Positions 48,692 through 58,821 of a stretch of DNA of 64,000 nt are shown in pieces; position 1 is the stretch's first letter; each line of letters opens with the position of its first letter. The stretch covers positions 74,918 to 138,917 of the forward strand of contig ONCO01000004.1 of assembly GCA_900316365.1 (NCBI GenBank), in the 5' to 3' direction. The translations under genes and the position numbers were made by a program. The notes under the pieces were generated by a model. The model was given only the letters and a program-made list of their open reading frames with translations, ran no database searches and was not told the DNA's origin. The DNA comes from an uncultured Erysipelotrichaceae bacterium. GTDB taxonomy: Bacteria > Bacillota_I > Bacilli_A > RFN20 > CAG-826.

Positions 48692-49522
48692 ATGAGTAGA
48701 GCAGACCAAATTTTCGTTGAGAACATGAAAGAGATCATGGAGCATGGCGTCTCCGATGAGAAATACAACGTCCGTCCACATTGGGCGGATGGCACTCCGG
48801 CGCACACGATCAAGAAATTCGGCATCATCAATACTTATGACCTCCAAGAGGAATTCCCAATCCTCACCATCCGCCGCACCGCGCTTAAATCCGCGATCGA
48901 TGAGATCCTTTGGATCTGGCAGAAGAAGAGCAACAACATCCACGACCTCCACTCCCACATCTGGGATTCTTGGGCGGATGAGAATGGCTCCATCGGCAAA
49001 GCCTATGGCTACCAATTAGGAAAAAAGGCCATTTACCCAGAAGGTGAATTCGACCAGGTCGACCGCGTCCTTTATGACTTAAAGCACAACCCGAATTCCC
49101 GTCGCATCATGACCAATATCTATAACTTTGAGGATCTCCACGAAATGGGCCTTTATCCATGCGCCTATTCCATGACCTTTAACGTCGAGGGCGATAGGCT
49201 TAACGGCATTCTTAATCAAAGAAGCAACGACATGCTTACAGCCAACAACTGGAATGTCGTCCAATACGCCATCCTCATCATGATGTTCGCCCAAGTCTCT
49301 GGCTTAAAGCCAGGCAAGCTCATCCACGTCATCGCGGACGCCCACATCTATGACAGGCACATCCCGCTTGTGAAGAAAGTCATCGCCAAGCCGCAGCATA
49401 AAGCCCCGAAACTCGTCATGAACCCAGACGTTAAGAACTTCTACGACTTCAAAGTCGAGGACTTCCAGCTCATCGATTACGAATACGAAATATTAGAGGA
49501 GAAGATCCCAGTCGCCATATGA
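48692..49522 (+). CDS. thyA: Thymidylate synthase
   Basis: IWDSWADENG..YGYQ; NSRRI; LYPCAY; QRSND; HIYDRH. Confidence 0.96.
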   Translation: MSRADQIFVENMKEIMEHGVSDEKYNVRPHWADGTPAHTIKKFGIINTYDLQEEFPILTIRRTALKSAIDEILWIWQKKSNNIHDLHSHIWDSWADENGSIGKAYGYQLGKKAIYPEGEFDQVDRVLYDLKHNPNSRRIMTNIYNFEDLHEMGLYPCAYSMTFNVEGDRLNGILNQRSNDMLTANNWNVVQYAILIMMFAQVSGLKPGKLIHVIADAHIYDRHIPLVKKVIAKPQHKAPKLVMNPDVKNFYDFKVEDFQLIDYEYEILEEKIPVAI

Positions 49523-50034
49523 ATAGATTAGTAGCAATCCTAAACTGCGATTCCAAATACGGCATCGGCAAAAGAAACGGTTTACTCTTCAATCAGCCAC
49601 TCGATATGAAATTCTTCCGTGAGACCACGAAAGGACATGTCGTCGCGATGGGCGAGAATACCCTTCTTTCCTTCCCGGGCTCCAAGCCGCTTAAAAATCG
49701 CACGAATATCGTCTTGTCCCAAGATGAGACACATAACTACGAAGGGGTCATAAACGTCCATTCGATGGAAGATTTCCACGCGGCCATCAAGAAAGAACTT
49801 GAGGCCAATGACGTCTTCATCATCGGCGGGGCCTCTATCTACAAGCAGATGCTCCCCTACTACACCGAGGTATTGTTGACCAAAATCGACGCCGACGGAG
49901 GGGCTGAGGTCTTCTTCGAGAATATCGATGAGGATCCGCGTTTCATCCTTGTGGAAGAGGGCGAACCGCTCCTCGACGAAGGAAGATATATCCGCTTCTG
50001 CCGTTACCGCAGCATCTCCCCAGAGTCCCTATAG
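49519..50034 (+). CDS. folA: Dihydrofolate reductase
   Basis: YGIGKRNGL..DMKFFRETT..VAMGENT..PLKNRTNIVLS; FIIGGASIY. Confidence 0.95.
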   Translation: MNRLVAILNCDSKYGIGKRNGLLFNQPLDMKFFRETTKGHVVAMGENTLLSFPGSKPLKNRTNIVLSQDETHNYEGVINVHSMEDFHAAIKKELEANDVFIIGGASIYKQMLPYYTEVLLTKIDADGGAEVFFENIDEDPRFILVEEGEPLLDEGRYIRFCRYRSISPESL

Positions 50035-50037
50035 AAA

Positions 50038-50068
50038 CACGCCCACGCGTAAAAACGTGGGTTTTTTG
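50038..50068 (+). terminator. Intrinsic terminator after folA
   Basis: CCCACG/CGTGGG stem plus a T-run. Confidence 0.7.
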
Positions 50069-50148
50069 TTGCATTCTGCTTTTGTTAGCGTAGGCTATCA
50101 GGCGTACTTGTTATTTAGAGCTAGCAAGTATTCTCGGAGTTAAGCGTT

Positions 50149-50940
50149 ATGACCCCAATAATTGCATCAATCATTTCTTTATCTATTGTTTTTGCCGCGA
50201 CCACGATCGGCAGCGCCTGCGTATTCTTCTTCCGCCACAAATTAAGCGTGAAGATGAATAACATTATCCTTGGCTTTGCCGGTGGAATCATGATCGCCGC
50301 CTCTTTCTTTGGCCTTATCCTTCCGTCCATCAGCGAATCGAAAGACCATTTCGACGGCCCATTAGCCACTCTTATTCCAATCATCGGCTTCTTAATCGGC
50401 TGCTTAGTCTTATGGGCCATGGATAAATTCATCCCTCATCTCCATAAGAACACCGAAGTCCAAGAAGGCGTCCAAGCCAGCAAATTAAACGAAGACTTTA
50501 AGTTCTTTTTAGCGGTCACCATCCATAACATCCCAGAAGGTTTGGCCGTTGGTTTTGCCTGCGGTCTTGCCTTAAGTGGAAATACCCCAGAGCTTATGTG
50601 GGCGGCTTTATCGCTTGCGATCGGTATCGCCATCCAAAACATTCCTGAAGGCGCGGCCGTCTCCATCCCTCTTTATAGCGAGGGCATGAGCCGTGGCAAA
50701 GCCTTTGTCTTCGGCAGCATGTCCGGCATCGTTGAGCCATTATTCGGTCTCGCTGGCTTATTCTTAGCCCAGCTTGCCATCATCTCCCCTTGGTTATTGG
50801 CTTTCGCCGCCGGGGCGATGTTCTACGTCATCCTCGATGAATTGCTCCCAGATTCCCGTAAGGGCGGCTTTGAGCATTATGGTCTTTGGGCCTTTATCGC
50901 CGGCTTCCTGATCATGATGAGCCTCGAACTCCTTTTATAA
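50149..50940 (+). CDS. ZIP-family (ZupT-like) divalent metal transporter
   Basis: HNIPEGLAVG and QNIPEGAAVS. Confidence 0.92.
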   Translation: MTPIIASIISLSIVFAATTIGSACVFFFRHKLSVKMNNIILGFAGGIMIAASFFGLILPSISESKDHFDGPLATLIPIIGFLIGCLVLWAMDKFIPHLHKNTEVQEGVQASKLNEDFKFFLAVTIHNIPEGLAVGFACGLALSGNTPELMWAALSLAIGIAIQNIPEGAAVSIPLYSEGMSRGKAFVFGSMSGIVEPLFGLAGLFLAQLAIISPWLLAFAAGAMFYVILDELLPDSRKGGFEHYGLWAFIAGFLIMMSLELLL

Positions 50941-50980
50941 GCGACTATCCGTTTATCCATCTTTGTTGGATAATGTTGGC

Positions 50981-52132
50981 ATGAGCGAATCGAAAATGCC
51001 TACGAGCGTTTACCATAACGCCGAAAAAACCACTCCGACCAACGACGAAGAACTTTCCTTTTTGGATTATCAGGAGAACGTCCTGAAAACCAAAGAAGAG
51101 AAAAGGACGCGTCTCTTCCTTATTGCCATAACCGTGGGTCTCTACTTATTGGGCCTCGGTGTTTTTGCCTCCCTTACCCAGACCGTCTATCAAATCAACA
51201 AAGACATCGGCATGTATTTGGGTATCGGCCTTTTGGCTGTCTACACCATCTGCTTCATCGTCGTTATCTGCGGAATCTATTCCAAGCATTCCTTTGACCT
51301 TGATTACAAACGTAAGGGCCGTCATAGCGAAAGAAAGAACAACAAGGTCCGTTGGGAGATTGCCAATAACATCAACGAGCAGGCCCCTATCCTCCATTAC
51401 ATCGAGGAGAAGTTACAGAAAGACAAACTAAAAGAGAAAGAGGCAATGGAGGTCAAAGCCTACGAGACCATCATCCGCCTGACCATCAAGCACCACGGCA
51501 AAGGCTCCTTTGTTCATTCCAAAGATTCCCGCGCTTTAGCGGAGGCTTTATCCGTCGCCATGAGGAAAGACGGCGTTATCTATAAGAGAGCCCAAAAGAT
51601 GATCTTCGCCCGTTCCGTCGCGACCGGTGCCTTAACCGCGATCAGCCAAAGCACCCTTATGGACTCCGGCATCGTGGTCATGAAGAACATCCAGCTTATC
51701 AAAGACTTAGTCTGGCTCTACGGCTTCCGGCCAAGCAACCGCGAGATGAGCAAAATCATGGTCAGGGTCATCCGTGCCGTCTGCGTTGCCATCGGCATCA
51801 ATACCTTTGGCTCCAATAGCGCGAATTTCCTCTCCAAGATCATCAACAAGAACTCCGCGAACATCATCGTCTCCATCATCGGCCAGGCCATCAATATGGG
51901 CGCACAGCTCGTCGGTAATGGCGTCATGACCTATTTAATTGGTAAATACACTCTCAAGGTTATGTTGGACGAATTCGCCGCCCAGGAAATCTTTAGGACC
52001 AAAGACCTCGAAGATTATCAGATCGAGATGAGCAACGAGACCGTTAACGCCATCAACAACGAGATCGCCTCCGAGACCAAACGCTACAAAGAAAAAGAAG
52101 TTGAGCCAGTCAAGAAAGACGGCGAAGCTTAA
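50981..52132 (+). CDS. Membrane protein, DUF697/YcjF-like C-terminal region
   Basis: Two N-terminal TM helices; ATGALTAISQ..DSGIV..NIQLIKDL..LYG.RP pattern. Start moved to ATG 50981. Confidence 0.6.
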   Translation: MSESKMPTSVYHNAEKTTPTNDEELSFLDYQENVLKTKEEKRTRLFLIAITVGLYLLGLGVFASLTQTVYQINKDIGMYLGIGLLAVYTICFIVVICGIYSKHSFDLDYKRKGRHSERKNNKVRWEIANNINEQAPILHYIEEKLQKDKLKEKEAMEVKAYETIIRLTIKHHGKGSFVHSKDSRALAEALSVAMRKDGVIYKRAQKMIFARSVATGALTAISQSTLMDSGIVVMKNIQLIKDLVWLYGFRPSNREMSKIMVRVIRAVCVAIGINTFGSNSANFLSKIINKNSANIIVSIIGQAINMGAQLVGNGVMTYLIGKYTLKVMLDEFAAQEIFRTKDLEDYQIEMSNETVNAINNEIASETKRYKEKEVEPVKKDGEA

Positions 52133-52160
52133 TTAAGGCTTTCGATTAGTGTATTTTCTC

Positions 52161-53450
52161 CTACTTTTCGGCTTCTTTTTTGTTTTTATCTAGGATAACG
52201 CGGACAAGTTTCGCTATTCCCCAAGCGCCGTTAGCAACGCCGAAGAAGGACACCAAATAGACGAGAACGAAAACGACATAAGGCGCATTCTCCTGGACGA
52301 TATCAAGGACTGGGATAGAGGTCTTACAGTGTTTGGAAATAAAGAAGAAATTGGCCGCATCGCCTTCGCGGGCAACCTTAACGTTGATGAAGTCAGGCTG
52401 TAAGTAATCAGCCGGGAAAGTATCGGCTTCTTTAACATCGACCTGACCATCTTTGGTATAAGCCAAGCAGTAAGTCTTATCACCGATAAGATAGCCGAAG
52501 ACATAATGGTCTTCGCCGACTAAGGTAAATGCCCACGTAGAAGTGGCCTCGGCCTTAGATACGACCTTGATGGAATCGCCATCCTCCTCAAGCTCGATAT
52601 AACGGGTTTCGTCCGCGGAATTCTCGTAGGTGATGAGGAAGATATCGTAGTTATCGCCTTCTGGATAGGTGACCACGAATGTGGTCGCTTCCTTGACCGC
52701 GTCGGTAGTGACCACGCTGCCATCATCATTGGCTTTGAGATAGTAATAACGGTCATGCTCCTCGTCGTAGGTGCCGTATTTGTAGTACTGGTAAGAACCT
52801 GGGTCGCGATCGAGGGAGACAACTGGGGTTTGCTGTGGCTCGAGGAAACCATGATAAACCGCCTCATTCGCACCGATCGCGCATAAAGATAGAGCCAAGA
52901 AGAGAAGCGAGGCAGGAATGACTTCTTTCTTATAGTCGCGACCATATTTCCTCGCGGCGATGAGGTAGACGCCCATCCAAAGCAAGATCGCATGCCATAA
53001 CATGGTCTGCAAAGAGATATAGACGAACGGCGTCTCCAAGGTGGAGGCATACGCGAGGACCGCAACGCCGCCGATGATGCCATAGAAAGATAAGAAGGTA
53101 TAGCAAACATTCTTAATCTTGCCTTCCTTCACCAGGGAGCCAACAAGAGCGACGAACATCGGCACGGAGCAGAAGGAGAAAGGAAGAATATCGATTCTCA
53201 GATATCCGTAATACTCAATGTCATAAAGGATGTGCTTTGGGATCTCGCTGATGATGAGAACGACGGCCATAGAGAGGATGACCCAATCATCAAGACGTTT
53301 AATCTTGTCTTTCTTTTTGGCCAAGAAAACTATGCCCACCGCTCCGGCGATGGCAATAAGAAGCCACAAGATATGGAACCAGCTGAAAATCCCTGGCCCA
53401 TTGCTGGAATCACCATTCCAAGTCCACTCCACTAATCTTGCAAGAATCAT
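52161..53450 (-). CDS. YwaF-like integral membrane protein with an inserted soluble beta-rich domain
   Basis: FSWFHILWL; LPFSFCSVP; NFFFIS. Start moved to ATG 53450. Confidence 0.7.
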   Translation of the reverse strand: MILARLVEWTWNGDSSNGPGIFSWFHILWLLIAIAGAVGIVFLAKKKDKIKRLDDWVILSMAVVLIISEIPKHILYDIEYYGYLRIDILPFSFCSVPMFVALVGSLVKEGKIKNVCYTFLSFYGIIGGVAVLAYASTLETPFVYISLQTMLWHAILLWMGVYLIAARKYGRDYKKEVIPASLLFLALSLCAIGANEAVYHGFLEPQQTPVVSLDRDPGSYQYYKYGTYDEEHDRYYYLKANDDGSVVTTDAVKEATTFVVTYPEGDNYDIFLITYENSADETRYIELEEDGDSIKVVSKAEATSTWAFTLVGEDHYVFGYLIGDKTYCLAYTKDGQVDVKEADTFPADYLQPDFINVKVAREGDAANFFFISKHCKTSIPVLDIVQENAPYVVFVLVYLVSFFGVANGAWGIAKLVRVILDKNKKEAEK

Positions 53451-53460
53451 ACATTCTCTC

Positions 53461-54411
53461 CTATTTTGCGTATATAGCCGCAACTTTTTCGGCGAATAAT
53501 TCGCCAAGTTTGATTTCGCTTAAGGCATCATAATGGCCTAAATCAGGCTCGTAATACGGCTCATTCATGGTAGTCAAACCATTCTCGATGGTTGGGAAAT
53601 AGACATTAAGGGGATCTTCTCCTCCGATCTTCTCCTTAGCTTCATTGACCTCTGGACCACCAGGTAGGCAATACGGGCTATCGGAGATGCCGGCATCAAT
53701 GAAATAAAGGCCATGTTCTTTGCTGTATTCTTTAAAGTCCTCGCGTAGATATGACATAAAGGCCTTTTGGTTCTCGTAATACTTCTTGGCCTTATATTCG
53801 CTAGTATCGCTTTCGCCTTGCATCCAAAGGAAGGCGTCGAGGGAGATTTCATAATGGAGAGATGATAGGTAATCCAAACCCTTTTGGACAAAGAGCCTTT
53901 GGGCTTCATAGATTTCTCCCCTGTTGGTGTGGTCTAGCCAATGGTAATGGAGGGAATAGCCAGACATGGAGAATTTGAAAATATAGAACTCCTCGCCCGG
54001 GAATAAAGCAGTAAGTTTATCGGCCAGGCCAACCTCAGGGCCGAATTCCTCATCGTAAGATCCACACAACAAATCGGTCTTTCTCCACTGCCCTTCGCTG
54101 CAGGTGCGGTGGTTATCGATATTGAAGTTAATGTGGATGTTTGGGTAGCCGTTCTCATAACGGGAAAAGGTTTCCTCGCTGACTTGCTCTTTAAGGTAAG
54201 AGGTAATGGAGCAGCCTGTGCAGTTGGACTGTCCGCTTAAGATAATGACCCTGGCTTTCTTGCCCGTCCCATCAGAAAGGAGGGAGTTCTCCTCGTAATC
54301 GGTATCCATGCCGATTGTGTGGTCGACTCCTTCTTCTGGATCTTCATTCGCCGTGCAAGCGCACGCGATTGAGGCCATGGCCAGGATTGTTAGTAAGAAA
54401 CTTTTACGCAT
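53461..54411 (-). CDS. SGNH/SASA-family (sialate O-acetylesterase-like) lipoprotein
   Basis: Lipobox IAC; ILSGQSN; FGPEVG; LWMQGESD; D..HYD. Confidence 0.82.
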   Translation of the reverse strand: MRKSFLLTILAMASIACACTANEDPEEGVDHTIGMDTDYEENSLLSDGTGKKARVIILSGQSNCTGCSITSYLKEQVSEETFSRYENGYPNIHINFNIDNHRTCSEGQWRKTDLLCGSYDEEFGPEVGLADKLTALFPGEEFYIFKFSMSGYSLHYHWLDHTNRGEIYEAQRLFVQKGLDYLSSLHYEISLDAFLWMQGESDTSEYKAKKYYENQKAFMSYLREDFKEYSKEHGLYFIDAGISDSPYCLPGGPEVNEAKEKIGGEDPLNVYFPTIENGLTTMNEPYYEPDLGHYDALSEIKLGELFAEKVAAIYAK

Positions 54412-54486
54412 AGGGTCTTTGAATAAACCGCATTAGTTTACCACTATATGTCCTAATTACAAAAAAGAAGGGGTAACCCCTTCTCT

Positions 54487-55416
54487 TCATTCGTTCTCTT
54501 CTTGTTTCGGAACGTATCTCTTCCAGAAGATGTACTTAGGAACCGATCGGCAGTATTGCTGGTAAAGAGGATATTTCCCCGCGGAGATGGTTTCCCCGAA
54601 AGTAGAACTGCCAAGGAAGAGGAGGACCAGCATAGCCGGGCCTATGATCGTCCAGTGGAATAAGCCGAAATGTGTCATTCCGGCACCGATAACGAAGACA
54701 TACAAAGAGACCCAGAAACCCTGCTCGCCAAGGTAGTTAGGATGACGCATATGGCCCCAAAGGCCTCTGGTGTTAAAGCCAAGGTTATATGGACCCGGAA
54801 GCTCGTCTAAGGTTTTGCCTTCCTTTAGCATGCGGTGCTTGTTGGTCTGGAAGACCCACTGCTGCTCATCGGCCACGCATTCAAGGAAGAGGAAAAGCGC
54901 GGCAAAGCCGGCGGCGATGAAGTCGAATACGCCGAGGGCGGCGTTAGATTCCATGACCGCGAGGGCAGGGAGGCAAATCAATAGGACCAAAAAGTTCTGG
55001 TAAACGGAAATGAAGAATAAGTCAAAGAGGGCCCAGACAAACTTGTTATTGAATGGTTTGTTGTTTCTAAGGATTGGCCAACGGTAATCTTCTTCGCCTT
55101 CCCAGAAACGGATGCTATAGGCGCCTTTCCTGGCGAAGTTAAAGGTAAGTCTAATGCCCCAAACGGTGACGAAGATGGCAATGATCAAAAGGCGTGGCTT
55201 CATGGGAAGCAAAGACCAGAGCTTATCCATCTGGGAGTTGTTTCTCGCGATCTCGCCGACGACGAAGCAATATAACGCCGCGCTGGCGCAGATAATGCCA
55301 AGGACCTTCAAGGTCTCGATTTGTAACGGAGAAGGATTAAATCCGCTGACGAGGCCAATGACGCCTAAGGCAATGCAAATAACGACGGTAAACGAGGATA
55401 AGACTATTTTCTTCAT
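54487..55416 (-). CDS. DUF1295-family membrane protein (steroid 5-alpha-reductase-like)
   Basis: WGIRLTFN; EEDYRW; ADEQQW; GLWGHMRHPNYLGE. Confidence 0.82.
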   Translation of the reverse strand: MKKIVLSSFTVVICIALGVIGLVSGFNPSPLQIETLKVLGIICASAALYCFVVGEIARNNSQMDKLWSLLPMKPRLLIIAIFVTVWGIRLTFNFARKGAYSIRFWEGEEDYRWPILRNNKPFNNKFVWALFDLFFISVYQNFLVLLICLPALAVMESNAALGVFDFIAAGFAALFLFLECVADEQQWVFQTNKHRMLKEGKTLDELPGPYNLGFNTRGLWGHMRHPNYLGEQGFWVSLYVFVIGAGMTHFGLFHWTIIGPAMLVLLFLGSSTFGETISAGKYPLYQQYCRSVPKYIFWKRYVPKQEENE

Positions 55417-55514
55417 GTTTTCTTCCTAACTGGCCTAACAATATTAACCTAAAAAACGATTGAAAGCGAAAATGTAAAAATTAGGAATTTCGTCTCAATT
55501 TTTTGAAATTTTGC

Positions 55515-56744
55515 TTAGATGGTTGATTTGTTCGCGATATCTTCTCCGGCCACCGCGCCGGTGGTAAGGGCGATCTGGATGTTATAGCCGCCAGTCTTCG
55601 CGTCGACGTCGAGGACTTCGCCGACGAAATAGAGATTAGGAACGATCTTGGATTCCATCGTTTTGGCGTTGATTTGCTTAACCGAAACTCCTCCAGCTGT
55701 CACAACGGCCCTCTCATATCCCTTAAGTCCAGCGAAGGTTAACGGGAAATGCTTCAATTTCTCAATCAAGGCGAGGCGGTCTTTCTTATTAAATTCCGAT
55801 AGGAGAATCTCGTCAGAGAAAGGAAGTTTCTTAACGAATAATGGGCAGAACTCCAATGGGAGCAAGGCGGCCAAAAGGTTATAGACATGGCCTTTAGGAT
55901 TCTTCTCGATCTCTCTTTGGATACGGCCTAATAGTTTTTCTTCATCAAGCGCGGGCTTGAGGTCAATCTCCATCTTTAGGTCCTTGTTGTCGCGACGATT
56001 GATAAAGCTGGAGGTCGAGATGACGATCGGGCCATCGATATAGCCATCATAGAAAGAGAGGTCGCCAAACTCCTCATGATGGAATTTGCCATCACTTACC
56101 TTGAAGGCGACGTTATTGAATTGGAAGCCCATCAAAGGATGAGGGACTTCTTCTTTGATGTTGATGCCGCATAAAGCTGGTACGGTAGGCACGATTTCAT
56201 GTTCGAAGGACTCAGCAAAACGATACCCGTCCCCCGTAGATCCGGTAGCTGGGTAAGATAAACCGCCCGTGGCTATTACGACGCAATCCCCAGAAAAAGT
56301 GCCCTTATCGGTCGAGACCATAAAGTAGTCGCCGAAACGTTTGATATCCAAAACCCTGGTATTGAATTTAAAGTGCACCCCTTTATCCATGCAGGCGTGA
56401 TACATCGTATCGATAACGTCGCTGGACTTATAGCTTTCTGGGAAAACGCGGTCACCTCTAGTGCTGACTAATGGGCAACCATGCTCCTCAAACCACTTCA
56501 TCGTATCCTTAGGTCCATATTGGCTGAAGGCAGACAAAAGGAACTTAGGATTGCCGACAACATTATTGATGAAGTCGCGGACTTCTTTGTTGTTGGTGAG
56601 ATTGCATCTTCCTTTGCCAGAGATATATAGTTTGCGGCCAACCTTGGCGTTCCTCTCGATAAGGGTAACGTCGTTATTCTCTTTTGCCGCGTGGATTGCT
56701 GCATTCATACCGGATGGGCCGGCGCCAATGATGATCGTTTTCAT
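55515..56744 (-). CDS. HI0933/YhiN-family flavoprotein (second paralogue)
   Basis: IIGAGPSGM; GRKLYISGKGRCNLTN; ATGGLSYPATGSTGDGY; AVVTAGGV; FVGEVLDVDAKTGGYN. Confidence 0.92.
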   Translation of the reverse strand: MKTIIIGAGPSGMNAAIHAAKENNDVTLIERNAKVGRKLYISGKGRCNLTNNKEVRDFINNVVGNPKFLLSAFSQYGPKDTMKWFEEHGCPLVSTRGDRVFPESYKSSDVIDTMYHACMDKGVHFKFNTRVLDIKRFGDYFMVSTDKGTFSGDCVVIATGGLSYPATGSTGDGYRFAESFEHEIVPTVPALCGINIKEEVPHPLMGFQFNNVAFKVSDGKFHHEEFGDLSFYDGYIDGPIVISTSSFINRRDNKDLKMEIDLKPALDEEKLLGRIQREIEKNPKGHVYNLLAALLPLEFCPLFVKKLPFSDEILLSEFNKKDRLALIEKLKHFPLTFAGLKGYERAVVTAGGVSVKQINAKTMESKIVPNLYFVGEVLDVDAKTGGYNIQIALTTGAVAGEDIANKSTI

Positions 56745-56825
56745 TACGCGGGCATTTTACCCTGTAAGGGCCCAAAGAACACGTAAAAACGCCTTTTGGG
56801 CGAAAGCTAGGTTTTCCCTAAGGCG

Positions 56826-57968
56826 TTATTCTTCGATATAACCGACTTTTCTTCTTTCGATATTGGCCTTTTTGTAGAATTCGGCTTTGTCTTTGTACAT
56901 CAATTTCTCTGATTCTTTGAGAAGCTCTTCAACAGTCGTGCCATCATCTTTCCTAGCCGCATAACCGACGGAGCAGTAATAATGGGTTGCTTTTAATTCT
57001 TCGTTAAAGGAAGCGACGAATTTCTTGATAGCATCTTCCTTATCGCCAACGACCAGGATGATGAATTCGTCGCCGCCCGTGCGGTAGGAATACATATTTG
57101 ATGTTTCGAATTTCTTAATGGCTTTGGCGATGGTGAGAAGTCCATTATCGCCTTCGAGATGGCCATAGGTGTCATTGAGGTACTTAAGGCCATTCATGTC
57201 TAACTGGATGATGCCGGTTATATCTTTCCTCATCTTGCCCATATCATCGAAATAGGTAGAACGATCGAATAAACCGGTTAAGGCGTCGCTGCTGCTCGCC
57301 CTCTCATAGAGGAATAAGTGATAGAAAGCGGCGCTGATACCTATGGAAGAGGAGAGGAGATAAACGTCGCCATGTTCGTTGAAGAACGTCTCAATGATGG
57401 TCGCAAGGCAAACAACCACCGCGCAAACCAAGAGGCTGGTGGCGTCGAGGAAATGCCTTTTCTTGACCAAGGAGAAAGTCCTGATTAAAAGCAAGATCAG
57501 ATAGAAGGCCGAGACAAGGTGCGGCATGTAACGGAAGATTAAGATATCGCCCTCGTTCCAGTAAACCGAATCAACGCCGGAATAATAGAAAGAGAAATGG
57601 GCGGTCGGCTCGAAGAAAGGGAATAGGCAGGCAATGACGTTTAACGCCATCGGCACGACCAATAGCGGAATCCAAACGCCCTTGAATTCCTGACCGCTTA
57701 AGAAAATGAATAAGACAATACAAAGCGGCCTTAACACATAAAGAATGGAAGCGAGAACGGTCGCAGCCATAGCGCTCTTAGCCACTTCCAACGCCACCAA
57801 CTGCACACTTTCGAGAACTGCGATGGTGAGGGCCAAGCCAATAATCAAAAACAACCAAAGGCGAACACTCTTGTTGCTCTTACGGTGTCTAATCAAAGTA
57901 ACTCCTAAGACGACGGAAACGCATAGGAGAACAAAATTTCTGACGATAAAACTATACAAATAATCCAT
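56826..57968 (-). CDS. Membrane-anchored diguanylate cyclase (GGDEF)
   Basis: About 7 TM helices; DALTGLFDR; DMNGLKYLNDTYGHLEGD; RTGGDEF. Confidence 0.9.
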   Translation of the reverse strand: MDYLYSFIVRNFVLLCVSVVLGVTLIRHRKSNKSVRLWLFLIIGLALTIAVLESVQLVALEVAKSAMAATVLASILYVLRPLCIVLFIFLSGQEFKGVWIPLLVVPMALNVIACLFPFFEPTAHFSFYYSGVDSVYWNEGDILIFRYMPHLVSAFYLILLLIRTFSLVKKRHFLDATSLLVCAVVVCLATIIETFFNEHGDVYLLSSSIGISAAFYHLFLYERASSSDALTGLFDRSTYFDDMGKMRKDITGIIQLDMNGLKYLNDTYGHLEGDNGLLTIAKAIKKFETSNMYSYRTGGDEFIILVVGDKEDAIKKFVASFNEELKATHYYCSVGYAARKDDGTTVEELLKESEKLMYKDKAEFYKKANIERRKVGYIEE

Positions 57969-57975
57969 GCTATCG

Positions 57976-58701
57976 TTAATTATAACGAATAGTGCCGCGC
58001 TTTGTAAGGTAAGCCTTTAAGGCTTTAGGCAGGAACCCCTGATAAAAGAAGCCTAAGAAGAGAATCGTCGTTAATCCCATGAAATAGATCAACGCGGACA
58101 AATATGAATTATCAGTGAGGACTACTAAGTAGATATTGTGCTTGCCATTAAGCGACAATCCGAAGAAGGAAGTGTCGAAGAGGACATTCATAATCATCAT
58201 GATTAAGGCCACCACCACAATGATTGACCCAGCGATAAGGGAATCTTTGACTTTGAGCTCTACTTGTTTGCTATAGATGATGTAGACGCCCCAGAGCGAG
58301 AGGACATAATGGGCAAAATAATCCAATAGGAAATGCGGGATGAACCTATAGCCGATCGCCCCATTACGGATTAAGGCGATGGATGGCGAGAGGAACATGC
58401 CAACCGACAATAAGGCGATTAGCAAAAGGTGATATTTCTTAGCCTTCTTCGGAAGAAGGAGAGCAATCCAGCAGGTGCTAAACATGAATTGGCTCACATT
58501 CGCGCTAGGCAAGGCATTGATGAAGTTCCAATCGTCCACCCCTGCCGTGACTGCGATATAGATGGCCAAAGCAAGATAAGGCAAGAAAACGTTCGCGCAG
58601 AACATGAGGTTCGCCCAGAAGGCGTTCTTCAAGTAGCGGAATAGGAAAAGCATCCCAACATAAGCAAAGACGAAAAAGGCGAAGAACGCGTAATAGACCA
58701 T
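57976..58701 (-). CDS. Integral membrane protein (YwaF-like)
   Basis: Seven hydrophobic segments; no soluble catalytic motif seen. Confidence 0.65.
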   Translation of the reverse strand: MVYYAFFAFFVFAYVGMLFLFRYLKNAFWANLMFCANVFLPYLALAIYIAVTAGVDDWNFINALPSANVSQFMFSTCWIALLLPKKAKKYHLLLIALLSVGMFLSPSIALIRNGAIGYRFIPHFLLDYFAHYVLSLWGVYIIYSKQVELKVKDSLIAGSIIVVVALIMMIMNVLFDTSFFGLSLNGKHNIYLVVLTDNSYLSALIYFMGLTTILFLGFFYQGFLPKALKAYLTKRGTIRYN

Positions 58702-58821
58702 GCGCTAATTCTATCAAAGCGATAAGCTTATGCTCCATATATTTAATGGAAACTTAGGCGGTTTTGTATATGAAAACGCCCCTCGACATCATCTCGAGAG
58801 GCGTTCGTGCTTATTAGGAGA

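Noticed and set aside
58729-58737. TATGCTCCA match to the tRNA-Ala 3' end as a possible att site
   Set aside because: Only 9 nt, in the opposite orientation to the tRNA, with no integrase in the window.
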